NCBI GenBank assembly: GCA_963665325.3
Contig: CAXXWS020000004.1
Span: forward strand, 64,001 to 128,000
Reading direction: 5' to 3'
DNA length: 64,000 nt
Source: Alphaproteobacteria bacterium
GTDB taxonomy: Bacteria; Pseudomonadota; Alphaproteobacteria; Bin95
Made by a program: the position numbers and the translations under genes. Positions 19,687-29,879 of this stretch are shown one piece after another. Under the pieces are notes generated by a model, which was not told the DNA's origin, did no database searches, and saw nothing but the letters and a program-made list of their open reading frames with translations. The number at the start of each line of letters is the position of its first letter. Within the stretch, counting starts at the first letter, position 1.

Positions 19687-20877
19687 ATGACATTCATCGC
19701 GGCGCGGTTTCTGTCCTCGCTGTTCGTTCCCTCGGCCTTCGGTCCGGTAATTCTGGTGCTGTTGGCGGTCTGGCCTGCGGTTGCCGAGGCCCAGCGCCCG
19801 GCACCGGTGCGGGTGGACAAGGTCGTCGTCCAGCCGCTGGCCGAAACGGCGCCGGTGTTCGGCAGGCTCGTTTCCCGGATGCACGGCGCTGTCGCCGCGC
19901 AGACCGTAGGCGCCGTTACCGAGATGCGCGTGCAGATGGGAGACCGGGTGGCCCGCGGCGACGTGCTGGCCGTGCTGGATATCGAGAAACTGACATCGGA
20001 GCGCGACGTGCGGGCCGCCACGAGCGACGCCGTTGCCGCGCGCGCCACCGCCGCCGAGGCCCGGCTTGAGCGTATCGAGCAGGAACTCGCCCGCTACGAG
20101 AAGCTGCGCCGTTCGGCGGCCTTCAACAAGGCGCGCCTCCAGGACAAGGAGCAGGAGCGCGCGTGGCTGCGGTCCGAGCTGGATGCGGCGCGCGCGCAGC
20201 TCGTCCAGGCGAGGGCGAATCTGAGGCTGGCGGAAATGAAGCTCGCCCGGGGCACTGTCCACGCGCCCTATGACGGCGTCGTGACCGCGCTGCACACCGA
20301 AATTGGCTCCTACCTGAAGGAAGGCGGCGTGGTGGCGACGCTGGTGAACGACCGCGACCTGGAGATCGAGGCCGACGTCCCGGCGGCGCGTATTGCCGGT
20401 CTCGCGCCCGGCGCGGAGGTGGCTGTGCGGCTTCCGGACGGCACGAAGCATACGGCCAGGGTGAGGGCGGTGGTGCCGGACGAGAACGCCATGACGCGCA
20501 CCCGCGTGGTGCGCTTCACGCCGGTCTTCGGCGCCACGACGACGCCTTTGGCCGCAAACGCATCCGCGACGGTTGTGCTGCCGGTCGGCGCCACGGCCCC
20601 GGCGCTCACCGTCCACAAGGACGCCGTCGTGCGAAAAGGGCAGCAGGCGCTGGTTTTCGTCGCCAACAACGGCAAGGCGGAACGGCGCGCCGTGCGCCTC
20701 GGCCGCGCCTCCGGACAGAGATTCGAGGTACTGGACGGCCTCGCCGAGGGCGATCTCGCCATCGTGCGCGGCAATGAGCGGCTGCGTCCCGGCCAGCCCG
20801 TCCTCGTGCCGGGCGCCAAGGCCGGAAAGGACGGCAAGGCGGGCAAGGCCGCCGCGCCGAAGGCGAAGACCGGATGA
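19687..20877 (+). CDS. RND efflux membrane-fusion protein
   Basis: V..GDRV..GDVLA.LD, coiled coil, APYDGVV. ATGA overlap with the permease gene. Confidence 0.9.
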   Translation: MTFIAARFLSSLFVPSAFGPVILVLLAVWPAVAEAQRPAPVRVDKVVVQPLAETAPVFGRLVSRMHGAVAAQTVGAVTEMRVQMGDRVARGDVLAVLDIEKLTSERDVRAATSDAVAARATAAEARLERIEQELARYEKLRRSAAFNKARLQDKEQERAWLRSELDAARAQLVQARANLRLAEMKLARGTVHAPYDGVVTALHTEIGSYLKEGGVVATLVNDRDLEIEADVPAARIAGLAPGAEVAVRLPDGTKHTARVRAVVPDENAMTRTRVVRFTPVFGATTTPLAANASATVVLPVGATAPALTVHKDAVVRKGQQALVFVANNGKAERRAVRLGRASGQRFEVLDGLAEGDLAIVRGNERLRPGQPVLVPGAKAGKDGKAGKAAAPKAKTG

Positions 20878-23800
20878 ACCTCGTCCGCTTCGCCATTGAC
20901 CGGCCCATCGCCGTGATCGCGGCCGTGCTCATGGTCGTGCTGTTCGGCCTGGTCGCGCTGGAGACGATCCCGATCCAGCTGACGCCGGACGTGCGCAAGC
21001 CGGTGATTACCGTCCAGACGCTCTGGCCCGGCGCGGCCCCGGCGGAAGTCGAGCGCGAGGTCGTGAACCGCCAGGAGGAGGTGCTGAAGGGCGTCGAGGG
21101 CCTGGAGGAGGTGGAGAGCCGGTCGGAAAATGGGCGGGCCCGCGTCACGCTCACCTTCGCCATCGGCACCAATATGGACCGCGCGCTGCTGCTGGTCGCA
21201 AACCGGCTCGACCGCGTGACCGGCTATCCCGACGAGGCCGACCGCCCGACATTGCGCACGGCCGGCGCGGAAGACAACGCCATCGCCTGGTTCGTGATCC
21301 AGACCGCAAAAGACAATACGCGCCCGATCCACACCTATGGCGATTTCGTCGAGGAGGTGATCCAGGACCGGCTGGAGCGCGTGGAGGGCGTCTCCCGGAC
21401 CGATTTCTTCGGCGGGGTGAAGCGCGAGCTGCATGTCATCGTGCTGCCGGAGCGGATGGCGCAATTCGGCCTGACCGTCACCGAGATCACGCAGAAGCTC
21501 CGGGCGGCGAACGCCTCGATCTCCGCGGGCGACGTGGAAGAGGGCAAGCGGCGCTATCTCGTCCGCGCCGAGGGCGAGCTGGACACGCCGGAAGCGGTGC
21601 GCGCGGTGGTGCTGCGCACGGAGGCGGACAGCACCACCGGGCGGATCGGGCGCGTGACGGTCGGCGACATTGCCGAAGTGTCCTACGGCTATTCGGAGCC
21701 GCGCGCGCGCATCCGCCGGTTGGGCGCCAACGCCGTCGTGATGAACGCCAAGCGCGAGGCCGGGGCCAACGTCATCGAGACCATGGAGGGCGTGCGCGCG
21801 GCCGTCGCGGAGCTGAACGAATCCCTGCTGCCCGCCGAGGGCCTCGTGATGGAGCAGGTCTATGACGAGACCGACTACATCCTGTCCGCCATCGGCCTCG
21901 TGCGGCAGAACATCGTCGTCGGCGGCGCGCTTGCCGGGATCATGCTGCTGCTGTTCCTCAGGTCCTGGCGGCCGACCCTGATCGTCTCGCTGGCGATTCC
22001 CGTCTCCGTGGTGGGCTCCTTCGTCGCCATGGCCATGCTGGGGCGGTCGCTTAATGTCGTGTCGCTCGCCGGCATCGCGTTTGCCGTGGGAATGGTGGTC
22101 GATGCGGCCATCGTGGTGCTGGAGAACATCTACCGCCTGCGCGAACGCGGCGTGCCGCCGCGCGAGGCCGCGCTGCGCGGCGCCAGCCAGGTTTGGGGCG
22201 CGATCCTGGTCTCGGCGCTGACCACGGTGCTGGTCTTCGTGCCTATCCTGGCGATGGACCTCGAGGTCGGCCAGCTCTTCCGCGACATCGCGGTGGCGAT
22301 CTCGGTATCGGTCATCCTGTCGCTCCTGGTCGCGATCACCGTCATCCCGGCGCTGTCGCGCCGCCTGCTCGCCACGCGAATCTGGACCGGTGGGCGCTTC
22401 GAGCTGCCGGTGATCGACAAGCTGGCGAGCCGCTATGCGCGCGCAACGCTCGCCTATGCCGGCGCGGTGGTGCGGAACCGCAAGGCCGCCCTGCTCTCGG
22501 TCCTGGCGATCACGATGGCTGCTGTGGCGGTCGCCTGGTGGCTGACGCCGAAGCTCGACTACCTGCCCGACGGCAGCCGCAATTTCGTGCTCGGACGGGT
22601 GCTGCCGCCGCCGGGCTACAACCTCAGGACGAACAGCGAGATCGCGCGGGAGATCGAGGATTCGACGCGCGCGCTCTGGGCCAGCGAGACCGGCCCGGAG
22701 TCCGAGCCCGGCGGGCCGCCCAAGATCGCCAATTTCTTCTTCGTGGCGCTGCCGTCCTACACCTTCGTGGGCGCGTCCTCCGTCGATCCCGCAAGGCCGC
22801 ACGAGTTGGTGCCGGTCCTGCAACGAGCCTCGCTACGCGAGCCCGGCACGTTCGGCTTCTTCACCGTGGCGTCCATCTTCGGGCGCGGCATCGGCGGCAA
22901 GCGGTCGATCGACCTCGACATTTCCGGGCCCGACCTGGAAACCGTGATGGCGATCGCCGGCAGGGCGACAGGGATGACCGCGGCGGCGCTGCCGCGCGAT
23001 CAGGGCAACCAGCTTCGCCCGATTCCGGGCCTCGAACTCGGCGCGCCGGAAGTACGTGTGCGGCCCGACCGGCTGAGGCTGGCGGACAACGGCGTGTCGG
23101 CGCGCGAATTCGCCGACACCATCGACGCCTTCAACGACGGGCTCAGGGTTGCGCGGGTGACCATCGACGGCAAGCGCACCAGTCTCGTGCTCAAGGGACC
23201 GACCGACAATGTCTCCTCCACGCAGGGCATCGAGTTCCTGCCGGTGGTGACGCGGAACGGCTACATCCTGCCCGCCTCCTCGCTCGCCAATATCGAGGTG
23301 ACCACCGGGCCGACCGAGATCCGGCACAAGGAGCGGGTGCGCACGGTTACATTGCAGATCCGGCCGCGCGCGCAAATGCCGCTTGAGGAGGCGATGGACC
23401 TGGTCCGCGCCGAGGTCATCGCCCCGATTTCCGCCGGCGGGCTGCCGGACGGGGTGAAGCTCCGCTTGTCCGGCGCTGCCGACCAGTTGACCGTCACCTG
23501 GAACCATATCGTCATCGACCTGCTGATCGCCGTCGCCATCGTCTTCCTGGTGATGGCGGTGCTGTTCGAGAGTTTCATCTATCCGCTGGTCATCATGGTG
23601 TCGGTGCCGCTGGCGACAGCAGGCGGCGTACTCGGCCTTGCGGTGCTGAACCTGTTCGCCTTCCAGCCGCTCGACATGCTCACCTTGCTGGGCTTCATCA
23701 TCCTGGTCGGCATCGTCGTCAACAACGCCATCCTGCTGGTCCACCAGACGCTGTTCCATATCCGCGAAGGCAATATGACGGCCGCCGACGCGATACGGGA

Positions 23801-24053
23801 GGCGACGAAGGACCGTCTGCGCCCGATCTACATGTCCACGCTCACCAGCATTTTCGGCATGGCCCCGCTGGTGGTGTTTCCCGGCGCGGGCTCCGAGCTC
23901 TATCGCGGGCTGGGCTCGGTGGTGCTGGGCGGGCTGTCGCTCTCGGCAGTTCTGACGCTCACCATCATCCCGCCCCTGCTCGGCCTGATCCTCGCGCCTC
24001 TGGAGGAACGGCGGCGCGAGCGCGTGGCTGCGGCGACCGCAGCGGCGGAGTGA
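20874..24053 (+). CDS. RND-family efflux permease
   Basis: 1059 aa. PGAAPAEVE, GMVVDAAIVVLENI, GIVVNNAILLV, RLRPIYMSTLT. Confidence 0.94.
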   Translation: MNLVRFAIDRPIAVIAAVLMVVLFGLVALETIPIQLTPDVRKPVITVQTLWPGAAPAEVEREVVNRQEEVLKGVEGLEEVESRSENGRARVTLTFAIGTNMDRALLLVANRLDRVTGYPDEADRPTLRTAGAEDNAIAWFVIQTAKDNTRPIHTYGDFVEEVIQDRLERVEGVSRTDFFGGVKRELHVIVLPERMAQFGLTVTEITQKLRAANASISAGDVEEGKRRYLVRAEGELDTPEAVRAVVLRTEADSTTGRIGRVTVGDIAEVSYGYSEPRARIRRLGANAVVMNAKREAGANVIETMEGVRAAVAELNESLLPAEGLVMEQVYDETDYILSAIGLVRQNIVVGGALAGIMLLLFLRSWRPTLIVSLAIPVSVVGSFVAMAMLGRSLNVVSLAGIAFAVGMVVDAAIVVLENIYRLRERGVPPREAALRGASQVWGAILVSALTTVLVFVPILAMDLEVGQLFRDIAVAISVSVILSLLVAITVIPALSRRLLATRIWTGGRFELPVIDKLASRYARATLAYAGAVVRNRKAALLSVLAITMAAVAVAWWLTPKLDYLPDGSRNFVLGRVLPPPGYNLRTNSEIAREIEDSTRALWASETGPESEPGGPPKIANFFFVALPSYTFVGASSVDPARPHELVPVLQRASLREPGTFGFFTVASIFGRGIGGKRSIDLDISGPDLETVMAIAGRATGMTAAALPRDQGNQLRPIPGLELGAPEVRVRPDRLRLADNGVSAREFADTIDAFNDGLRVARVTIDGKRTSLVLKGPTDNVSSTQGIEFLPVVTRNGYILPASSLANIEVTTGPTEIRHKERVRTVTLQIRPRAQMPLEEAMDLVRAEVIAPISAGGLPDGVKLRLSGAADQLTVTWNHIVIDLLIAVAIVFLVMAVLFESFIYPLVIMVSVPLATAGGVLGLAVLNLFAFQPLDMLTLLGFIILVGIVVNNAILLVHQTLFHIREGNMTAADAIREATKDRLRPIYMSTLTSIFGMAPLVVFPGAGSELYRGLGSVVLGGLSLSAVLTLTIIPPLLGLILAPLEERRRERVAAATAAAE

Positions 24054-24119
24054 CCCTGCCGGACCTGCGACCGGCCGTGCTAAGACTCGAATGAAACGAT
24101 TGTCGGAGACACTCCCCGA

Positions 24120-25352
24120 ATGAAGTTCGGCATCTTTTACGAGCACCAATTGCCGCGCCCGTGGGCGGAGGACAGTGAGCAGCGCCTGCTGGAGGAGTCG
24201 CTGGCGCAGATCGAACTCGCGGATGAACTCGGCTACGACTATGCATGGGAAGTCGAGCACCACTTCCTTGAGGAGTATTCCCACTCCTCCGCGCCGGAAG
24301 TGTTCCTCGGCGCCGCCAGCCAGCGCACCCGGAACATCCGCCTCGGCCACGGCGTCATCCAGCTGACGACCAACCATCCGGTTCGCGTCGCGGAGAAGGT
24401 CTCGACCCTCGACCTCCTGTCCGGCGGGCGCGTGGAGCTCGGGCTCGGCGAGGCGCAGGGGCCGGTGGAGCTGCATCCTTTCGGCGTGCAGGTGCGCTCG
24501 AAGCGCGACCGCTGGATCGAGGGCGTCAAGGCAACGATCCCGCTCTTCACCGAGACCGCCTTCGAGTTCAGCGGCGAGTTCTACAGCTACCCGAAACGCA
24601 ATGTCGTGCCGAAGCCGCTCCAGAAGCCGCATCCGCCGCTCTGGGTCGCCTGCTCCAATATCGACACCATCGAGGATGCCGGGCGCTGGGGCATGGGAGC
24701 GCTCGGCTTCCAGTTCGTCTCCCCGGAGGCGGCGAAGGCCTGGGTCAACCGCTACTACCTGAACCTCACCCGCAATCTCGACAGGATCTGCGAGTATCCG
24801 ACCAATCCCAACATCGCCATGGTCTCCGGCTTCATGTGCTGCGAGACCGACGAGGAAGCGATCGAGAAGGCGGCCGGGTGGACCTTCTTCATCTTCTGCC
24901 TCAGCCACTACGGCAAGCACGGCATCTCCGCCCCCGGCGAGACCGACCTCTGGAAGCTCTACCAGGACTGGCGCCACACGGAGAAGGCGCAGCAGGCGCT
25001 GACCGCCGGGCTGATCGGGTCTCCGGAGACCATCCGGAAGAAGCTCCGCGCCTTCGCGGCCGCCAATGTGGACCAGGTAATCCTGCTGAACCAGGCCGGG
25101 CAGAACACGCATGACGACATCTGCGCCTCGCTGGAGCTGTTCGCCCGCGAGGTGATGCCGGAGTTCCACGCGATGGAGGACGCGCATGCGGCCTGGAAGG
25201 CGGGTGTGCTCGCCGGCGACGTCGAGCTTGAGGAGCTCTCGGTCGAAGGCGCCCGGCGCTATGCGCACCAGAACGAGGACATCGTGCGGCTGACGCCCGA
25301 GCAGCTGAAGGCGAAGATGGCGGCCAAGGAAGCGGCCGCCGCCGCCGAATAG
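24120..25352 (+). CDS. LLM-class flavin-dependent oxidoreductase (luciferase-like monooxygenase)
   Basis: MKFGIF, W.VEHHF, HPVRVAE..TLDLLSGGRVELG.G, PKPLQKPHPPLW. Confidence 0.92.
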   Translation: MKFGIFYEHQLPRPWAEDSEQRLLEESLAQIELADELGYDYAWEVEHHFLEEYSHSSAPEVFLGAASQRTRNIRLGHGVIQLTTNHPVRVAEKVSTLDLLSGGRVELGLGEAQGPVELHPFGVQVRSKRDRWIEGVKATIPLFTETAFEFSGEFYSYPKRNVVPKPLQKPHPPLWVACSNIDTIEDAGRWGMGALGFQFVSPEAAKAWVNRYYLNLTRNLDRICEYPTNPNIAMVSGFMCCETDEEAIEKAAGWTFFIFCLSHYGKHGISAPGETDLWKLYQDWRHTEKAQQALTAGLIGSPETIRKKLRAFAAANVDQVILLNQAGQNTHDDICASLELFAREVMPEFHAMEDAHAAWKAGVLAGDVELEELSVEGARRYAHQNEDIVRLTPEQLKAKMAAKEAAAAAE

Positions 25353-25365
25353 GAGGAACCGACCG

Positions 25366-26370
25366 ATGCGCGCGCTCGTTCTCGAAGGCCATGGCGGGCA
25401 GGACCAGCTCGCCTTCCGCAGCGACTGGCCGGAGCCGGAGCCGGGGCCCGGCGAGGTCGTCATCCGTGTGGGGGCCTGTTCGCTCAACTATCACGATGTC
25501 TTCACCCGGCGCGGCATGCCGGGCATCAAGGTCCCGATACCGGTCGTGCCCGGCCTCGACATTGCCGGCGAGATCGAGACGCTGGGCGAAGGCGTCGAGG
25601 GCTGGTCCACCGGCGATCGGGTGCTGGTGGACCCGATCTGGCCGGAACGGGGCCTGATGGGCGAAATGCTCGACGGCGGGCTGGCGGAGAAGGCGCTCTG
25701 CTCGGCCGGACAGCTCGTGCCCATGCCGGACGGCGTGAGCTTCGCCCAGGCGGCGTCGCTGCCGGTCGCCTACGGCACGGCGCACCGCATGATGTTCGAG
25801 AACGGCCATGTGAAGGCCGGCGAGACGGTGTTGATCCTCGGGGCGTCGGGCGGCGTCGGCAATGCCTGCGTGCTGCTCGCCAAGGCCGTCGGCGCCCATG
25901 TCATCGGGGCTGCAAGCAGCCAGGAGAAGATCGACCGGCTGCTGGCGCTCGGTGCCGACGAGGGCCTGAACTACGCCGAGACCGCCTTCGAGCGCGAGAT
26001 CTGGAAGCGTTACGGCAAGCCGTTCCGGCGCTCCTATGAAGGCGGCGTCGATGTGGTGGTCAACTTCACCGGCGGCGAGACCTGGGTGCCCTCGATGAAG
26101 GCGCTCAAACGCGGCGGCCGGATGCTCACCTGCGGGGCCACCGCCGGTTTCGATCCCCAGACCGACATCCGCTACATCTGGACCTTCGAGCTCCAGATCC
26201 TCGGCTCCAACAGCTGGACCGTGGAGGGCCTGAAAGAGATGATGGCGGACATCGCCGCCGGGCGTCTCGATCCGCCCATCGACGTGGAACTGCCGCTGGA
26301 GGACGGCGCGGAGGGGGTGCGGATGCTGGAGGACCGAGAGGTCTTCGGCAAGATCGTGGTCGTGCCGTAG
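25366..26370 (+). CDS. MDR-family (quinone/alcohol) oxidoreductase
   Basis: GEVVIRV.ACSLN..D, VLILGASGGVG, C-terminal FGKIV. Confidence 0.9.
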   Translation: MRALVLEGHGGQDQLAFRSDWPEPEPGPGEVVIRVGACSLNYHDVFTRRGMPGIKVPIPVVPGLDIAGEIETLGEGVEGWSTGDRVLVDPIWPERGLMGEMLDGGLAEKALCSAGQLVPMPDGVSFAQAASLPVAYGTAHRMMFENGHVKAGETVLILGASGGVGNACVLLAKAVGAHVIGAASSQEKIDRLLALGADEGLNYAETAFEREIWKRYGKPFRRSYEGGVDVVVNFTGGETWVPSMKALKRGGRMLTCGATAGFDPQTDIRYIWTFELQILGSNSWTVEGLKEMMADIAAGRLDPPIDVELPLEDGAEGVRMLEDREVFGKIVVVP

Positions 26371-26376
26371 CGGGGT

Positions 26377-27291
26377 TTATTCCGCCAGTTCGGGCATGTT
26401 GGCGGCGCGGCTGGCGAGGGGAATCTCGGTCATTCGGGCGACATCCCCGGCGGCGGCTACCGCCTCCCCGGTGGTGACGCCGCAGTCGACCTGCATGGCA
26501 TTGAGGAAGCTGACGATATCCTCCGTCGGCAGGTTGCCGACCGACCCGTAATCGCCGGGAAAGGCGATGCCGCCGCCGATACCGCAGATCGACCCCTCGA
26601 CCATCCTCACGCCGGCATCGAGCGCCGCCATCACATTCGCCTGCGCCCAGCCGCGTTTCTCGTGGACGTGGAAACCGAACTCGCAATCCGGGAAACGGTC
26701 CAGCGCCATGCGGAAGAGCGTGTTCACCTGGCGCGGCTCCTCCATGCCCGTGCTCCCGGCGAGATAGAAGCGGCGCACACCCATATTGCGCAAGCGCGCA
26801 ACGCAGTCGAGCGTGCGTTCCGGCGCTATGACGCCCTCATAGGGGCAATAGAGCGACATGCCGAGCGCCATGATGAAGGCCCTGCCGGCTTCGTCGGCGA
26901 CGCGGAAACAGTCTCCGCCCGCCTGGATCGCCTCATCGACCGTCATGTTCTGGTTCTTCGCCATGTAGGTTCCGCTGACCGTCATCAGGCCGAGTATCTC
27001 GTCGATATCGGTCTCGACGCCGCGGATCGCGCCGCGCTTGTTGGGCACCAGCGCGCGATAGACGGTGCCCTCGCGGCGCTTCACCCGGGAGACGACCTCC
27101 TCGGCGTCCGTCAGCATCGGCACATAGCGCGGGCTGGCGAAGCTGGTAATTTCGATGACGGGAAAGCCGGCGTCGGTCAGCCGGTCGATCATCGCAACCT
27201 TCACGTCCGTGTCGATCCAGCGGCCGAGCGACTGCAGGCCGTCGCGCGGGCCCACTTCGACCACCGTCACCCGTTCGGGCAGTGCCAGCAT
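26377..27291 (-). CDS. hydroxymethylglutaryl-CoA lyase-family (DRE-TIM) enzyme
   Basis: EVGPRDGLQ, FHVH, GIGG...GNLPTED. Confidence 0.9.
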   Translation of the reverse strand: MLALPERVTVVEVGPRDGLQSLGRWIDTDVKVAMIDRLTDAGFPVIEITSFASPRYVPMLTDAEEVVSRVKRREGTVYRALVPNKRGAIRGVETDIDEILGLMTVSGTYMAKNQNMTVDEAIQAGGDCFRVADEAGRAFIMALGMSLYCPYEGVIAPERTLDCVARLRNMGVRRFYLAGSTGMEEPRQVNTLFRMALDRFPDCEFGFHVHEKRGWAQANVMAALDAGVRMVEGSICGIGGGIAFPGDYGSVGNLPTEDIVSFLNAMQVDCGVTTGEAVAAAGDVARMTEIPLASRAANMPELAE

Positions 27292-27327
27292 GTTCTCCCT
27301 CCCCTCGCGCCGGTCCGGGGCGTGCGC

Positions 27328-28527
27328 TCAGTCGAGCGGCAGGCCGGCCGCGCGCAATTCCGCTTCGTCGAAACCCAGCCGTTCCACCAGAACGGCGCGG
27401 TTGCCTGACCCGAGCTTCGGCCCGGCATGGCGAATCCCGCCGGGCGTGCGCGAGAACTTGCCGACCACGTTCTGCATCCGGATCGGGCCGCCGAGCTCCC
27501 CGTCCTCGACCGCCACGATGTTCTCCCGCGCCTGGAAATGCGGGTCCGCGAAAATCTCCGCAATGCTGTTGCAGGGCGCAGCGGCCGCGTCAAACCGGTC
27601 GAAGAGGGCGAGCAGGTCATCCCTGTCGAACCGCAGTATCGCCGCCTGGAGCGCCTCATCGAGCTCCGGCGCGTTCTGGATGCGGAGCCGGTTGTCGAGG
27701 AACCGCTCGTCGTGGACCAGCTCGGGCACTTCCAGCGCCTCGCACATGCGCTCGTAGGTGGATTGCGCGCTGCCGGAGATCGACACCCACTTGTCGTCCT
27801 TCGTCCGGTAGGTGTTGCGCGGCGCGGTAAAGGGCAGCCGGCTGCCGTTGCGCTCCTGGACGATGCCGAGCTGGTCGAAATCCACCACCTGCGGACCGAG
27901 AAGGGTGAACAGCGGCTCGTAGATGGCGAAATCCACGACCTGCCCCCTGCCCGACCGGCGCTTCTCCTGAAGCGCCACCATGGCGAGGAAGGCGCCCATC
28001 AGTCCCGAGCTCTCGTCCGCCAGGCCGAAGCCCGGCAGCAGCGGCGGCCGGTCGGCATAGCCGGTGATGTAGGCATATCCCGAATAGCCCTCGGCGAGCG
28101 TGCCGAAGCCCGGCCGGTGGCTGTTGGGGCCGGTCTGCCCGAAGCCCGTCAGGCGCACCATGATGAGGCCGGGATTGATCTCGCTCAGCACATCGTAGCC
28201 GAGGCCCCAGCGCTCCAGCGTCCCCTTGCGGTAGTTCTCGACCACGATGTCGGCGTCCGCGACGAGGCGCTTGACGATCTCGACGCCGAGCGGCGTGCGC
28301 ATGTCCGCGGTGACCGACTGCTTGTTGCGGTTCACCAGCTTGAACATCAGGCCGACACCGTCCTTGTCGTTGCCCCAGAAGCGCAACTCGTCGCCGGTGT
28401 CCGGACGCTCGACCTTGACGACCTCGGCGCCGAAGTCCGCCAGGAACATCGTGGAAACGGGGCCGGCCAGGAAATTGGAGATATCGACGACCTTGACGCC
28501 GGCGAGCGGCGGAGCGTTGTCAGGCAT
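27328..28527 (-). CDS. CaiB/BaiF family III CoA-transferase
   Basis: PL.GVKVVD...LAGP....LADFGAEVVKVE, NRNK.S, ENYR.G, GFGQTGP. Confidence 0.93.
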   Translation of the reverse strand: MPDNAPPLAGVKVVDISNFLAGPVSTMFLADFGAEVVKVERPDTGDELRFWGNDKDGVGLMFKLVNRNKQSVTADMRTPLGVEIVKRLVADADIVVENYRKGTLERWGLGYDVLSEINPGLIMVRLTGFGQTGPNSHRPGFGTLAEGYSGYAYITGYADRPPLLPGFGLADESSGLMGAFLAMVALQEKRRSGRGQVVDFAIYEPLFTLLGPQVVDFDQLGIVQERNGSRLPFTAPRNTYRTKDDKWVSISGSAQSTYERMCEALEVPELVHDERFLDNRLRIQNAPELDEALQAAILRFDRDDLLALFDRFDAAAAPCNSIAEIFADPHFQARENIVAVEDGELGGPIRMQNVVGKFSRTPGGIRHAGPKLGSGNRAVLVERLGFDEAELRAAGLPLD

Positions 28528-28628
28528 TGCTAGAACCCATTGAGACCGGGGCGCGCGAAACGCCCCTTCGGACCGGGGAACCGTGCCCCGAAACGGCCCG
28601 CCATGCAACCGCCGCGCCCCGCCGTCGG

Positions 28629-29879
28629 TGGAGTGGGCCCCATGGGTCGGACAGTTTCAAGCGGCATTTTTTGACAGGGTAGCGGGACTGTGTCTCCTCG
28701 AAGCGTTTGGGGCTGAGATATCCGAGCGCGGAGTGCAGGCGCCTGTTGTTGTAGCTGTCGATGAAGCGCGGCAGTTGCTGTGCGACGTCTTCGGCGGTCT
28801 CGAAGGCCATGGGATAGACGCCCTCGACCTTCAGGGTTTTCATGAAGCTTTCCATCATGGCGTTGTCGTAGGGGTTGGCGCGTCGTCCCATCGAGCCTTT
28901 CAGCCCGTGCCTGACGAGCCGTGTCCGGTAGGCGTGAGCGGCGTATTGCGAGCCCCTGTCGGAGTGGTGGATGCAGCCGCGCGGCGGGTTGCGGTTGCCG
29001 ATCGCCTTGTCCAGCGCCGCGAGCGTGAGCCTGGCATCGATCCGCTCGCCGAGCGCATAGCCGACAATGCGGCGCGACCAGGCGTCCATGATCGCGGCCA
29101 GATAGACGAAGCCGCCGAGGATGGCGATGTAGGTCAGGTCGGCGACCCAGAGCCGGTTCGGGCCCTCGACCTCGCAGTCCCCGGACCGGTCCGGGAAGAT
29201 CGGCTCGTCGTGGTCGCTGTCCGTCGTGGCGACAAAGCGGCGCCTGCGCGGCGGCTGCAAGGCGTGTTCGCGCATCAGCCGCTTGACCTTCTTGTGGTTG
29301 ACGGTCCAGCCCCGGTGCCGAAGTTCCGCCTGCATGCGCCGCCAGCCATAGGCCTCGAACTCGTCCTTGATCGCGTGCATTGCCTCGACCAGGGCGGTGT
29401 CGTCGACCGGGCTCTGCGGCTCGCGGTAGTAGCTGGAGCGCGCGATCCCCATCAGCCGGCATCCTTCGGCGATGGACAGGCCTCGGGGCCGGCGATCACG
29501 GACATGGGCGCGCGTCTCGACCGTCGTCCTTGCCGCAGAGCCCCCTTTAGGAACTCCAACTCCGCGGCCTGCTTGCCGACCAGCCGTTCGAGCGTCGCGA
29601 TCCGGGCTTCATACTCCCGAAGCGTGTCTGCCGCCTCGGCCTCCTCGTCGAAGGCGCCCACCTCGTATTTCTCCAACCACAGCCGGATCAGAGTGCGTGA
29701 CAGGTCGTGGCGGCGGGCCAGACCGTAAAATGTCTCACCTGCAAGATACTCCTCAACGACCTGGCGCTTGAAGGCCATGCTGTGTGTGCGGTGCTTCCTC
29801 ATGGGCTGTGATCCTTCCAATGCCCGCGCACCTGTCAATTTCCTTCAACCAAACTGTCCGAACCCAGGGGCCCACTCCA
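28629..29879 (-). mobile_element. IS3-family insertion sequence
   Basis: TG...CA termini with TIRs TGGAGTGGGCCCCATGGGTCGGACAGTTT and revcomp TGGAGTGGGCCCCTGGGTTCGGACAGTTT. orfA and orfB inside. No target duplication visible. Confidence 0.92.
28657..29802 (-). CDS. IS3-family transposase OrfAB (orfA 29452-29802 HTH; orfB DDE), -1 frameshift
   Basis: orfB has WVADLTY, HHSDRGSQY, DNAMMESFMKTLK.E, YN..R.HSALGY.SP. Slippery AAAGGGGG at 29541-29548. The 3' end is affected by an A6 run (see findings). Confidence 0.88.

Noticed and set aside
20310-25487. Very long antisense ORFs (837 aa, 884 aa; likewise 30951-33275, 35453-37642, 4650-6491)
   Set aside because: They are shadows of real genes on the opposite strand. 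High GC3 suppresses stops, and the translations have no recognisable motifs.
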